This document shows, piece after piece, positions 47,425 through 57,813 of a stretch of 64,000 bases of DNA (within the stretch, counting starts at the first letter, position 1; each line of letters starts with the position of its first letter). The translations under genes and the position numbers were made by a program. The notes under the pieces were generated by a model that was given only the letters and a program-made list of their open reading frames with translations, was not told the DNA's origin and made no database searches. Source of the DNA: an uncultured Candidatus Saccharibacteria bacterium. Its GTDB lineage: Bacteria; Patescibacteriota; Minisyncoccia; Phycocordibacterales; WO2-35-19. The stretch spans positions 42,133 through 106,132 of the forward strand of contig CAZPQX010000003.1 in the NCBI GenBank assembly GCA_964589445.1, written 5' to 3'.

Positions 47425-49572
47425 TTACCACTTTTCTATAATCAACATATCCTTTCTTTCTGGTAATAACCCCCAAATCTTTTCAGTGACGAAAGGCATA
47501 AAGGGATGCAACACTTTGAGCTGACTCTCTAGAAGTTTGAAAAGGAGAGCTTTGGCAGAATCAATATCTTTACCTTCTTTTATGCGAACTTTGCAATCCT
47601 CTAGGATTTTGTCTGCAAAAGTATGCCAGAAGTAGTGATATATCTTTTCGGCAGCAAGGTAAAATCTGTAATTTTCCATATCCAAGGTAATGTCCTCTTT
47701 TGTTTTTATAAACTCATCGAATGTTTTTTTGTCGTCTTCGTTCGTTATTTCTTTTGGGAATTCAGACCCAGTGACTGTATTTTCGATGACAAACCTAGAA
47801 GCATTCCATATCTTGTTTGCAAAATGTTTGTAGGCTTTGATTTTGTCTTCTGAGAGCTTACTATCGTTTCCTGGTGCCGTACCTATAATCAAAGACATGC
47901 GCACAGCATCTGAGCCAAATTTTTTGCCCATTTCAACAGGGTCTATGTTGTTGCCGAGGGACTTGGATATTTTTCTACCTTGCCCATCTCTTACTAGTCC
48001 ATGCAAGTAAACTGTCTTGAAAGGTACTTCTCCAAGATGGAACTGACTCATCAAGACCATCCTGGCTACCCAAAAGAATAGTATGTCGTATCCTGTTTCT
48101 ATTATTGTGGTAGGGTGGAAATTCTTAAGATCTTGTGTTTCTTCTGGCCAGCCAAGAGTCGAGAAAGTCCAAAGGGCACTCGAAAACCAAGTGTCGAGTA
48201 CATCTTCGTCTTGTATCCAGCCATCTTCTTTTGGTGCCTCAAGTCCACAATATATTTTTGTGTCTTTGTACCATATCGGAATTCTGTGACCAAACCATAT
48301 CTGTCTTGATATGCACCAAGGTCTCAGGTTTTCTATCCAATGTTGGTAAACTCTTTCAAATCGCTCAGGGAGTATCTTTATTTCTCCTTTTTCGACTGGC
48401 TCTCGCATGAGTTCTTTGAGAGTCTTGCCACCCCTGTTTGCTACAGGTTTATTTACATCTATAAACCACTGAAGTTTTGGTAGGGGCTCAATTATTCCTC
48501 TTGTTCTTTCTGCGACTGAAAGATTTTGTTTTATCTTTTCTTCTTTTATGAGTAAGTTATTCTCTTTTATCCATTCAACAACCTTCTCCCTTGCTTCTGT
48601 AGTTTTTAGTCCTGAAAGCAGATGGCCTGCAGAATCCATCATTCTAGCTTTTTCGTTTATGACTTGGATTTTAGGAAGACCATTACTTTCTGCTATATCC
48701 CAGTCGGTGTGACTATGAGACGGGGTAACGCCTAGTGCGCCAGTGCCAAAATCTTTTTCTACATTTTTATCAGAAACAATTTTTATTTTTAGCCTTACCC
48801 CAGCAAACTCTCCATCAAACTCTTTGCCAATAAAATCTTGGTAGCGGGAGTCTTCTGGATGGACAGCTACAGCTGTGTCACCAACTTTGGTTTCGGGTCT
48901 TGTGCTTGAAATCGCAATGGGGAAGTCTTCCCAGTATTTGAATGTATAAAGAGTTGAATCTCTTTCTTCGTACTCTATTTCATCATCAGAAATAACAGTC
49001 TGCCCCTTTGGGTCCCAGTTTACTATTCTGTTATCTCTGTAGATAAGTCCTGCTTCGTACATGCGGGTGAAAGCAGTCAGCACCGCCTTGTACCTCTTGT
49101 CATCCATGGTGTAGGCATAGCGGCTCCAATCGACTGAAGCGCCTATGCCCCGAACTTGATTTAAGATTGTTGACTTACTTTCTTCTGCAAATTGATCTAT
49201 CCTTTTTAACAACTCCTCTCTTCCAAGATCATATCTGCTTTTGCCTTCTTTTTTCTGAATTTCTTTCTCTACTTTTGATTGGGTAGCTATGGCCGCAGAA
49301 TCGGTCCCTGGTATCCATAATGTTCTTTTTCCTTGCATGCGTGCATGGCGGGTGAGTATGTCTTCTATGACTAGCATGAGGGCACTACCCATATGTAGGT
49401 TGCCAGTAACATTTGGAGGGGGGAGTACCATCGAGAAGGCGTCCGCGTCACTTTTGGTGGCACCTTTTTCTACACAAACATCTGGGTTGAAGTAGCCTGA
49501 GTCTTCCCATTTTTTATAAATAGCTTCCTCTGATGAGGAGGGGTCGTATGGTTTTGTTAATTCTTCGTTCAT
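47425..49572 (-). CDS. valS: Valine--tRNA ligase (compact form lacking the C-terminal coiled coil)
   Basis: PPPNVTGNLHMGSA (HIGH); KISKSLGN (KMSKS); close match to the E. coli ValRS N-terminal region. Confidence 0.9.
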   Translation of the reverse strand: MNEELTKPYDPSSSEEAIYKKWEDSGYFNPDVCVEKGATKSDADAFSMVLPPPNVTGNLHMGSALMLVIEDILTRHARMQGKRTLWIPGTDSAAIATQSKVEKEIQKKEGKSRYDLGREELLKRIDQFAEESKSTILNQVRGIGASVDWSRYAYTMDDKRYKAVLTAFTRMYEAGLIYRDNRIVNWDPKGQTVISDDEIEYEERDSTLYTFKYWEDFPIAISSTRPETKVGDTAVAVHPEDSRYQDFIGKEFDGEFAGVRLKIKIVSDKNVEKDFGTGALGVTPSHSHTDWDIAESNGLPKIQVINEKARMMDSAGHLLSGLKTTEAREKVVEWIKENNLLIKEEKIKQNLSVAERTRGIIEPLPKLQWFIDVNKPVANRGGKTLKELMREPVEKGEIKILPERFERVYQHWIENLRPWCISRQIWFGHRIPIWYKDTKIYCGLEAPKEDGWIQDEDVLDTWFSSALWTFSTLGWPEETQDLKNFHPTTIIETGYDILFFWVARMVLMSQFHLGEVPFKTVYLHGLVRDGQGRKISKSLGNNIDPVEMGKKFGSDAVRMSLIIGTAPGNDSKLSEDKIKAYKHFANKIWNASRFVIENTVTGSEFPKEITNEDDKKTFDEFIKTKEDITLDMENYRFYLAAEKIYHYFWHTFADKILEDCKVRIKEGKDIDSAKALLFKLLESQLKVLHPFMPFVTEKIWGLLPERKDMLIIEKW

Positions 49573-49914
49573 CTTGTTAGGTTATAGTTGAAATCATACA
49601 TCAAAAAAGTATTTTTACTAAATTTGTTCTTTTGGATGTTCTTTGAGACAAAAAGTTAGTTCTTTGTAAAAGACATAATTATTTAGTCTTTTTGTCCTTT
49701 ATTGTAAAAAGTCATCAAATAATGAATTTATGGGTGCCATAAAAGACATTATTTTGTATAAAAGACTTTGTTATTAAAAAATGGCTATAAATATGATTAA
49801 TTTAATATAGGCAATAAGATTGATAGTGATAGTTACTATTGACTTTTCTCGTTATTTATGTAAATCTATGTAGGTTAATTTATATTAGTAATTATTAAAT
49901 TTAAAAGTAAAGTT

Positions 49915-52860
49915 ATGTCTTCTAGAAACACATTATTGAATAAAATCCTTTCCTTCGCGTTTTTGATAACGATGGTACTCCCATCTTCTTTTGCGCCTGT
50001 AAGCGTCCTTGCATCACAAGATCAGGGCGGTCAGTGCGTGACAGAAATAGTGAGCGATTCACAAACTCTTGTGAATGGTGCAGCTTCTGTAGCGACTTAT
50101 GATGAGCATGTTGATTGGACAGCATCCATCCCTGGAGCAACTTGGATATGGTCAACCTATAAAGTTGAAGATCCTCTAGTTGTAACCACAAAGACTTTCG
50201 CTAGACAGTTCAATCTTGCTTCAGGTAGTGTCGCAGACTCTATACTGACTATCGCTGCTGACAACTCATTCAAAGTCTTGGTTAACGGTACTGAAGTTGC
50301 TTCAGAACAAACGGGAGATAGTTTCTTTGAAACAAACAAGAAGACATATAATGTATCTTCATATTTAAACAGTGGGTCAAACACTGTAACTTTTGAAGTA
50401 ACAAATTTAACTCATCCTCAGGCATTAACTCCTGAGACAAATCCAGCAGGTCTTCTTTACAGCCTCAGAGTTGTACAGAACGGAAGCTGTGGTGGTGATA
50501 CTACCCCTCCTCCAGCCCAAGACCCAACGGTCAACCTCACTGCTACTCCAAGCGTGATAACAGCAGGTGAATCATCTTCTCTTGCATGGACTTCTTCAAA
50601 TGCTGATTCTTGTTCATCAACTTGGTTTGATGGCATGGGCACAGCTGGAAGCACAAATGTTTCTCCTGCTACGACTACTGACTACGTCATAAGTTGTGTG
50701 GGGAACAGCAAAACTGTTTACGCGACTACTACTGTCACTGTAAACACAAACACTGGAGGCAATGGTCCTTCTTGTACTATAGATATAGTTAGCGATGCTA
50801 CAAATACTGTTAATGGTACAGTCACACCTTCAGTTGCAACTTACAACAATCACCCAAGGTGGACAGCTTCAATCCCTGGAGCAACTTGGATATGGAAAAC
50901 TCTATTTGTAGAAAATCCTACACAAGACGAATACTATACTTTCTTAAAGCAATTTAATGTATCAGATGTTTCTAAGGTAAAGACAGCCTCTTTGGTTGTC
51001 GCAGCTGACAACTCATATACCGTAAATCTAAATGGTACCGAATTTGCTGCTGACGCTACAGAGACAAACTACTTTAACGAGGAAAAAGATACTTATGATG
51101 TAAAGAGCAGACTCATAAACGGAAACAATGCAATTTACTTCGTAGTCAAAAACTGGGCAATTGAAGGTGCCACAGCTGAGACAAATCCAGCAGGTCTTCT
51201 TTACAAACTTTCTATAACACTCGAAGGCAGTGATTGTGGTGGTAATGGCGGCACTACTACTCCTTCAGTTTCTTTAGGTGCCAATCCTTCTACGATAAAT
51301 GTAGGAGCAACATCAACTCTTTCTTGGGTCTCAACAAATACCAACTATTGTTCGGCTAGCTGGACTACTGCTACATCAACTTCAGGATCAATGGTAGTTT
51401 CTCCTGCTACTACTACTGACTATGCGATATCTTGTGGGGGCAACTACGGCACAACTACAGCGACAACTACTGTCATTGTAAACAGTAATAACAATGGCGG
51501 GGGCAGCCCAACTCCATCAGTCACTCTTACTGCAAACCCTCAATCTATAGCTCCGGGCGCCACATCAACTCTTGTTTGGAATTCTTCAAATACAAATTAT
51601 TGTACAGCTGGCTGGACTAATGCGACTTCAACCTCAGGTTCTTTTGTGGTCACTCCTGGCGTAACTACTGATTACTCAATATCTTGTGGTGGTACTTATG
51701 GCACAACTACAGCTACAACTACTGTGACTGTAACTACAGGAGGTGGCAACGGAGGCAGCCCAACTCCTTCTATTACTCTTACTGCAAACCCAACTTCAGT
51801 AACACCTGGCGCAAGCTCAACTCTTTCTTGGGTCTCAAATAATACAAATTACTGTACAGCAGCGTGGACTACCGCTACATCAACTTCTGGTTCTATGGAA
51901 GTGTCTCTAACATCAACAACTGATTACTCAATATCTTGTGGTGGTAATTATGGCACAACTACAGCTACAACTACTGTGACTGTAAACACCGATAACAATG
52001 GTGGCGGAAACGGCGGAGGTGGAAATGGTGGTGGCAATGGTGGTGGCGGAAGCAATATTGGTGGCAGAAGGAGAGATATTTCTAACCTATTGGCTCCTCA
52101 AGGAGAAGTGCTTGGCGCAACATCATGTTCTTATCTTAGAGATCACCTTAAGATGGGATGGAACAATGATAGTGTTGAAATGCTTAAACTCAAGTCATTC
52201 CTAAATGTCTTTGAGAAAGAAAACTTGTCACTAGATTCAAACTTTGATCAGGCAACATTTGACGCTGTATCAAGATTCCAAAACAAATACTTCGCTGAAG
52301 TCTTGGCTCCTTGGGGTCACACTGCTCCGACTGGATTTGTGTACATCACAACAAAGAAGAAAATAAACGAGATTTATTGTAACGCAGCATTCCCTCTTAC
52401 TTCTGCTGAAGCTGAAGAGATAGTAGCTTTCAAGGCTATGATCGAAGGAGGTTATTTCGGAAGTTCTTCTGATGGTTCACATTCTGATATCTTGAGCGGT
52501 CTTTATGACGACGAAGTGGTAGTGGGTGCAAATACTGAAGATGATGTAAGCAATACAAGCACTACTTCGACAAGCACAAGCCCTGTCTCTGTAGTAAAAA
52601 ACATGGCGGTTTCTCTCTTCTCTATACCTGATGGTTTGCAAGACTTCTTCAGTAACTCAAGAAATGTAATATTCGCAATAATAGCTCTTATAGTACTTTC
52701 AGTAGTAGCAAGGATGTTCCTCTACAGTGGTGATGAAAACGAAGAGCTTGTCTCAGAATCATCAAGTGTCTCTAGTTCAAACACTGGTGCAGCTTCTACT
52801 ATGAAAGATGATTCTCCTGTCATAGTCCTTCCTGGAGAAAACAAAGAAAACAAAGCCTAA
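49915..52860 (+). CDS. Large repetitive cell-surface protein: 2 N-terminal ~150-aa repeats, then 4-5 tandem ~80-aa Ig-like repeats, a Gly/Asn linker, a PG-binding-like domain and a C-terminal TM anchor
   Basis: Repeats of ...SLAWTSSN..C...W....TSGS..VSPATTTDY.ISCGG...TTTATTTVTV; GGGNGGGGNGGGNGGGG linker; C-terminal TM VIFAIIALIVLSVVA. Confidence 0.6.
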   Translation: MSSRNTLLNKILSFAFLITMVLPSSFAPVSVLASQDQGGQCVTEIVSDSQTLVNGAASVATYDEHVDWTASIPGATWIWSTYKVEDPLVVTTKTFARQFNLASGSVADSILTIAADNSFKVLVNGTEVASEQTGDSFFETNKKTYNVSSYLNSGSNTVTFEVTNLTHPQALTPETNPAGLLYSLRVVQNGSCGGDTTPPPAQDPTVNLTATPSVITAGESSSLAWTSSNADSCSSTWFDGMGTAGSTNVSPATTTDYVISCVGNSKTVYATTTVTVNTNTGGNGPSCTIDIVSDATNTVNGTVTPSVATYNNHPRWTASIPGATWIWKTLFVENPTQDEYYTFLKQFNVSDVSKVKTASLVVAADNSYTVNLNGTEFAADATETNYFNEEKDTYDVKSRLINGNNAIYFVVKNWAIEGATAETNPAGLLYKLSITLEGSDCGGNGGTTTPSVSLGANPSTINVGATSTLSWVSTNTNYCSASWTTATSTSGSMVVSPATTTDYAISCGGNYGTTTATTTVIVNSNNNGGGSPTPSVTLTANPQSIAPGATSTLVWNSSNTNYCTAGWTNATSTSGSFVVTPGVTTDYSISCGGTYGTTTATTTVTVTTGGGNGGSPTPSITLTANPTSVTPGASSTLSWVSNNTNYCTAAWTTATSTSGSMEVSLTSTTDYSISCGGNYGTTTATTTVTVNTDNNGGGNGGGGNGGGNGGGGSNIGGRRRDISNLLAPQGEVLGATSCSYLRDHLKMGWNNDSVEMLKLKSFLNVFEKENLSLDSNFDQATFDAVSRFQNKYFAEVLAPWGHTAPTGFVYITTKKKINEIYCNAAFPLTSAEAEEIVAFKAMIEGGYFGSSSDGSHSDILSGLYDDEVVVGANTEDDVSNTSTTSTSTSPVSVVKNMAVSLFSIPDGLQDFFSNSRNVIFAIIALIVLSVVARMFLYSGDENEELVSESSSVSSSNTGAASTMKDDSPVIVLPGENKENKA

Positions 52861-54138
52861 TTATTGTATCGAAAGATTGCCGTTAGCTTCGAGGTCTCTA
52901 GACTTCGATTGTAGAAAATCAATATAGCCAGAGATCGCTATCATTGTGGCGTTGTCTGTAGTCAAAATATTTTCGGGTATCATTAAATTGAGGTCATGAT
53001 AAATGTCCTTTAGAAGAGAGAGGTCTTCTCGCAGCTTCTTGTTGGCTATCACTCCTCCTCCTACTATCAAACTTTTTGGATTGTATTTTTCTATTGCATC
53101 TTTTGTCTTGGAAACAAGAGTTTCTATAGCGGCGTCTTCAAATTCTCTTGCGACGGCCATTTTGAGATTGTTATCAAAAACAAAATCATCTCTAGTAACC
53201 GGGGTATTTTCCTGCTGAAAAATCCCCTCCTTCTCCCGCCAGTCGCGGTCCGAAAGTTGCTCTCGACGATTTTCTTTTTGATAACTAACCCTTTTATCTC
53301 CAGGCTCGTTCGAAGAACTATTTCGTAAATTCCTCACATAATACAAAACTGCTGTCTTGAGTCCTGAAAAAGAGAAATTCAAATCACCCGAATGCATCAT
53401 CGGCCGTGGGAATTTGGTGTCGAGGGAAATATTTTTCTCTCTCGCCTCGGCTGCGAGTTTCGATATTTGTGGGCCACCAGGGTAGGGAAGGCCGAGGAGG
53501 CGAGCCACTTTATCAAAAGCTTCACCTACTGCATCGTCTTTGGTTTCGCCCACCTTTTCTTTCTCTTGCCAATTTTTAATATATACAAGCTCTGTGTGTC
53601 CGCCGCTCACGAGGAGTGCGATAGCGGGGAATTCTAATTTTGATTCATTTTTGCCAAGCAAAACAGAAGCGATGTGTCCTTCCATGTGATTGGCCCCGAT
53701 CACTTTGACTCCAAGTTTTTCTCCGAGTTCTTTGGCAAAGTCTATACCAGTCCAAAGAGCTGGCTCGAGCCCTGGGCCTACCGTCACCGCTATCAAATCA
53801 ATTTTTATTTCTGGAAGGTTTTCAAAAAATTCTTTCCAAAATTCTTTTGCTTGTGAATTCGGTATTTTTTCATTTAGAGTTTCTTTAGAAACGGGAAATT
53901 CAAAATCAGAAACTAAACCCGCTTCCGTTAATGCTTTTATTAAAACCAATGGAAGGTTCCGGATGTGTTCTCTTTTTGCTATGTTGGGCACCACGCCGCC
54001 GAATGGCTCGTGGTCTTTTATTTGTGAATGCACCACATGCGAGAGTGTTTTAAAGATAGGATTTTCTAAATCCCCATTTGCTTCAACTATGCTTATGGCT
54101 GTCTCGTCGCAGCTTGTCTCGATACCAAGTATGATCAT
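52861..54138 (-). CDS. tsaD: tRNA N6-adenosine threonylcarbamoyltransferase TsaD (with a low-complexity insertion)
   Basis: MIILGIETSCDETAISIV; GANHMEGHIASV (HxxEGH metal site). Confidence 0.85.
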   Translation of the reverse strand: MIILGIETSCDETAISIVEANGDLENPIFKTLSHVVHSQIKDHEPFGGVVPNIAKREHIRNLPLVLIKALTEAGLVSDFEFPVSKETLNEKIPNSQAKEFWKEFFENLPEIKIDLIAVTVGPGLEPALWTGIDFAKELGEKLGVKVIGANHMEGHIASVLLGKNESKLEFPAIALLVSGGHTELVYIKNWQEKEKVGETKDDAVGEAFDKVARLLGLPYPGGPQISKLAAEAREKNISLDTKFPRPMMHSGDLNFSFSGLKTAVLYYVRNLRNSSSNEPGDKRVSYQKENRREQLSDRDWREKEGIFQQENTPVTRDDFVFDNNLKMAVAREFEDAAIETLVSKTKDAIEKYNPKSLIVGGGVIANKKLREDLSLLKDIYHDLNLMIPENILTTDNATMIAISGYIDFLQSKSRDLEANGNLSIQ

Positions 54139-54169
54139 AAATTTGAATTTAAAGTTTATCTAGAAAATT

Positions 54170-54252
54170 TGACACTTCTCGCCCCGTGTAGTTCCGCGTA
54201 GCGGGACGAAATGGGGTCGCAGCTTGTTTCTATACCTAAAATAATCATTGCA
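54170..54252 (-). pseudogene. Duplicated tsaD 5'-end fragment (MIILGIETSCD...)
   Basis: atgattattttaggtatagaaacaagctgcgac (reverse complement) repeats the tsaD start ~110 bp upstream of the real gene. Confidence 0.45.
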
Positions 54253-54354
54253 GGGATTATAGCAGAGAATTTTGGTTTTTCCTTTGCCTTGCCTAACTAT
54301 TGGAACATCGCGTCGTTTTTATATTGACATAATGGGTTAAAGGGTGTATAATAT

Positions 54355-54642
54355 ATGAGTAATACTTCCATCAAAGTTTTCTTTGCGAAGAATGTTTTGA
54401 TGGGATTTTTCCCAAGAAGGAGTTCTTTCGTGGATACTCAAATCAGCTTTGAGGCGAGACGACCGATAAAGATTTTTGCTGGCATTCTGCAATGGGCTAG
54501 CCTGATCGTTGTCCTTGCAGGCATCCTCAACATCTTCGTCCCATTCGGATTCCCGGGCTGGGCGATGTATACAGGAATGGCCGGCTACTTTATTGGCATG
54601 CTCGGTGGTATGAATGTGACCTTGTTCCGCCGGCATCGGTAG
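54355..54642 (+). CDS. Small membrane protein (hypothetical)
   Basis: 95-aa ORF with 2 TM; an overlapping antisense ORF also exists. Confidence 0.3.
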   Translation: MSNTSIKVFFAKNVLMGFFPRRSSFVDTQISFEARRPIKIFAGILQWASLIVVLAGILNIFVPFGFPGWAMYTGMAGYFIGMLGGMNVTLFRRHR

Positions 54643-54902
54643 TTTGTTGCCATCCGCCCACACAAGGACAAAATCCGGTGGAGGGCGGATTTTGTTTTAT
54701 TAAAAAAACGGTGACTATTGTACTAGATAGAGTGGTGTAATTTTTGTGATCACAAGTCACTACCGGGAATTTTTCCTTCGACTCAAAAGTTTTTCAGTCA
54801 AAAACTTTTGGTCTAGGCACCAGCTCGCGGCCGGACTTGTGCTCAAGTCCGGACTTCGTCCGCTCCGCTGTTCAAATCCCTAACAAAGCATCTGCTTTGT
54901 TT

Positions 54903-54955
54903 AGCGTCACAAAATTAAAAATCCCAATTTCTTGGGATTTTTAATTTTGTGACGC
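54903..54955. terminator. Long perfect hairpin (24-bp arms) abutting the tRNA-Glu 3' end
   Basis: agcgtcacaaaattaaaaatcccaa-tttc-ttgggatttttaattttgtgacgct. Confidence 0.5.
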
Positions 54956-55023
54956 TACCGGGATTTGAACCCGGGTACCAAGCTTGAAAAGCTTGTGTCC
55001 TAACCAGGCTAGACGATAGCGCC
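54950..55023 (-). tRNA. tRNA-Glu (anticodon TTC)
   Basis: The reverse complement gives GGCGCTA-TC-GTCT..GGAC-A-CAAGC-TTTTCAA-GCTTG-GTAC-CCGGG-TTCAAAT-CCCGG-TAGCGTC-A. Confidence 0.85.
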
Positions 55024-55138
55024 TTTTAAGCTCTTGCGAGCCAGGTAAAATATAACATTTTTTACTAAAAATGCAAAAAATGTTAGGCTAGGAAATGTCT
55101 GGTAGAAAGATGGCTATTTTAAAGCTATATTCTACAAA

Positions 55139-55223
55139 GGAGGGTTGGCAGAGTGGTCTAATGCGCCGCACTCGAAACGCGGTTTGGGGCAACCCATCAC
55201 AGGTTCAAATCCTGTACCCTCCG
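55139..55223 (+). tRNA. tRNA-Ser (anticodon CGA), type II with long variable arm
   Basis: GGAGGGT acceptor; D-arm GCA/TGC; anticodon loop CTCGAAA; variable arm TGGGGCAACCCA; T-arm ACAGG-TTCAAAT-CCTGT; architecture parallels E. coli tRNA-Ser(CGA). Confidence 0.8.
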
Positions 55224-55349
55224 CTTGAGCTTCGCGAAAGCGGAGGCTGTCTAGCTTTTGGAACAAAAGCGTAAGACGGATTTGAAGAGCTTTTGAGCTA
55301 AAATTGATTTTAAGAAAATTTTAGCCAAAAGGTGTACTGAAACTGTAAG

Positions 55350-55373
55350 TTTCAAATCCTGTACCCTCCGCAA
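55350..55373 (+). repeat. Direct repeat of the tRNA-Ser 3' end (gtttcaaatcctgtaccctccgc), att-like scar
   Basis: 22 of 23 identity to the T-arm/acceptor 3' end of tRNA-Ser, 130 bp downstream. Confidence 0.55.
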
Positions 55374-55461
55374 AATAAGGAACGAAGTGACTATATTTTG
55401 CGAGAGTCCTGAGCAAAGCGAAGGGCAACCCGCAAAATAGTGAATAAAATTTTATAAAAAC

Positions 55462-56232
55462 ATGGTTAAGGTTGAGACGACAAAAAATAATTTTATAAAC
55501 CCAGAGACTGGCAAGATTTCTATCGCTGCTGCATATGGTGAAAATCTAGGGCTGATGCTCGCAGCCAAAATATCTGAAGTATATAAAAAATTTAAGACTA
55601 GAGAATTTGTCCAAAGCATCAAAAATGAAGTCGGGGGCAAAACTTATACAGAAAGAGTCGAAATATTTGCTGATCTTTTAAAAAAGTATTTGCCCGAAAA
55701 ATACGATGAGGCGATCCAAATACTTATGCAAATCATGGGTCCAGAAAATGAAAAAGAGACGGGCATGTTCACCAACTTTTATTGGCTTTTGCCAGTCGGT
55801 AAATTTATCCAAAAATATGGATTAGAAAATTTCACTCTTTCTATTAAGGCAATTGAGGAGCTGACAAAAAGAAATACAGGTGAGTACGCGATACGACCAT
55901 TTGCGCGCAAATATCCATCCAAAATTTTGGCTGTCTGTACGGGGTGGGCTAAATCCAAAAATTTCCATTTGCGACGCTTGGCTTCAGAAGGTTTGCGACC
56001 CAAACTTCCTTGGGCGACGAAGCTCAATATCTGGAACTCCGACCCTCGGCCAATCTTTGAAATACTCGAAATTTTAAAAGAAGACGAAGTCAAGTTCGTC
56101 AAAAAGTCAGTCGCAAATCATCTCCGTGATTGGACGAAGGTAAATCCTGAAATAGCACAAAAAATAATTAGTCGCTGGTCAAAATCAAAAAACGAACACA
56201 CAAAGTGGATTTTGAAACACGCTCAAAGATAG
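55462..56232 (+). CDS. DNA alkylation repair enzyme (AlkD-like HEAT-repeat DNA glycosylase family)
   Basis: HEAT-like repeats; ...HLRRLASEGLRPKLPWATKL...VKKSVANHLRDW is typical of the DNA_alkylation family. Confidence 0.55.
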   Translation: MVKVETTKNNFINPETGKISIAAAYGENLGLMLAAKISEVYKKFKTREFVQSIKNEVGGKTYTERVEIFADLLKKYLPEKYDEAIQILMQIMGPENEKETGMFTNFYWLLPVGKFIQKYGLENFTLSIKAIEELTKRNTGEYAIRPFARKYPSKILAVCTGWAKSKNFHLRRLASEGLRPKLPWATKLNIWNSDPRPIFEILEILKEDEVKFVKKSVANHLRDWTKVNPEIAQKIISRWSKSKNEHTKWILKHAQR

Positions 56233-56347
56233 CTTAAGGATATATTGGTATTTTAAAATTCAAAATATTTATAAATTCTATATAAAAAGAAAAGGCGCGG
56301 GTCGTGGGCCCTGATTCCCACATTCGCGTCTTTTTTGGTGCCAAACT

Positions 56348-57370
56348 TTAAACAGTCTGGCAGATTTCTTCCGCTGGTACGAGCGCCTCTGCGGCTACTA
56401 CCGAGCCGTACCAGTCGAACATTCTTTGTACTACTTTTTTGCTGTGCCTCGCTAAGAGCTCACGCTTCTTGTCGAGGAAATTACTCATAAGGACTTCTTT
56501 GGCGTATGTTTCCAGCATACTCCTCTGAAGCTCATCTTCTGGGTCGTATTCCATCGCCTCCGAATCCTGTTCGGAGAGATATCTACCGAGTATCTCTGAT
56601 GAGATAAGGGAGGCATCATTGCAGAGTACAAGGTCGAATTTTCGCCTTGTGTATCTCACGATAACACTCACGAACTTAGGTGCGTTGTACCCTCGTGTTT
56701 CGCTCGGGTTGGTAAAGAGGTTTACGATTGAAACCAGTTTGGCGTCAGTTTTCCTTAAGGCCTCTGGTACTCCACCAACGACAAGGTTGGGTACTATGGA
56801 TGTATGGAGGCTTCCTGGGCCTATGACAACCAGGTTAGCGCCCATGATCCTGTCTAATGCGGTCTGGGTCGCCATGACTGGCGGCTCCAGCCTTATTTCT
56901 TCAATCGCCCTTTCGTCATTAAGAGGGCGGCTGCCGATCCTATGCTCCTTTCTAAGGAAGGTTCCATCGCTCAGTACAGCGACGAGCCTCGTGCTCTGTG
57001 CTGTTACCGGAATGACTTCACACCCCTCTCTTAAAACTTTTCTGCCGAGCCTTTGTATGCCGAGTTCAAAATTTCGGCACTTCTTGATTTCAGCGACAAT
57101 TTCTAGGTTGCCCTGACACTTGTTGCCTTCCCGTTTTTCGAGACGGGCTGTGATTTCTGGAGTTTGTGCCAGAGAGGCTATCACTTTTCTGGCGTCACCC
57201 ACTCCTGCAATCCTCTTCCCATCAATCTCTACTTCTCTCCTCAGCTCGCCAGTATGACCGCCATCGTCGGCCACCGTAACAATAGCAGTCAGAAGCTTTA
57301 ATCCTCGCCCCAAAAAGTGTGGGGCGATTGTGGATATCCCAGATCCACCACCAATCAATACTACATTCAT
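56348..57370 (-). CDS. YvcK/CofD-family (UPF0052) gluconeogenesis-factor-like protein
   Basis: MNVVLIGGGSGISTIAPHFL...VTVADDGGHTGELRRE. Confidence 0.75.
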   Translation of the reverse strand: MNVVLIGGGSGISTIAPHFLGRGLKLLTAIVTVADDGGHTGELRREVEIDGKRIAGVGDARKVIASLAQTPEITARLEKREGNKCQGNLEIVAEIKKCRNFELGIQRLGRKVLREGCEVIPVTAQSTRLVAVLSDGTFLRKEHRIGSRPLNDERAIEEIRLEPPVMATQTALDRIMGANLVVIGPGSLHTSIVPNLVVGGVPEALRKTDAKLVSIVNLFTNPSETRGYNAPKFVSVIVRYTRRKFDLVLCNDASLISSEILGRYLSEQDSEAMEYDPEDELQRSMLETYAKEVLMSNFLDKKRELLARHSKKVVQRMFDWYGSVVAAEALVPAEEICQTV

Positions 57371-57537
57371 ATACCCTCACAACTTCCCTCAATCAATATA
57401 GATCTAAAATCCAATTTTAACTATAGTGGTTTTTTAATGAACTGTCAACTTTTTCTTCATGATATATTCACTCTTTTATTGTAGAATTTAAGATGAGTTT
57501 AATGTGTTTATTTAATTAAAAAATTTATTTTATAATT

Positions 57538-57807
57538 ATGAAAAGTTTTGTAATAACAATTTTAAGTTTAGTATTACTTATCGGTATTGGTGTTTATTAT
57601 TGGACTAGAGATGACTCAAACTTAGGTGAAGAGCAGGTTTTTTGTACGATGGATGCCAAGATGTGTCCGGATGGAAGTTATGTGGGTAGGGTAGCGCCGA
57701 ATTGCGAGTTCGCAGCGTGTCCCGCTACATCAGACACTCCGAGCGGCATGATGGAAGACGGTACTACATCTGCTTCAACATCTCTTGATGTGCAAATAGG
57801 CTACTAG
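57538..57807 (+). CDS. Small secreted Cys-containing protein (hypothetical)
   Basis: Signal peptide plus 4 Cys. Confidence 0.4.
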   Translation: MKSFVITILSLVLLIGIGVYYWTRDDSNLGEEQVFCTMDAKMCPDGSYVGRVAPNCEFAACPATSDTPSGMMEDGTTSASTSLDVQIGY

Positions 57808-57813
57808 AAAGTA

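Noticed and set aside
51990-52080. GGNGGNGG nucleotide repeats as a possible CRISPR or other array
   Set aside because: They lie in frame inside the 981-aa surface protein and encode a Gly/Asn linker. No CRISPR-like repeat-spacer structure was found anywhere in the window.
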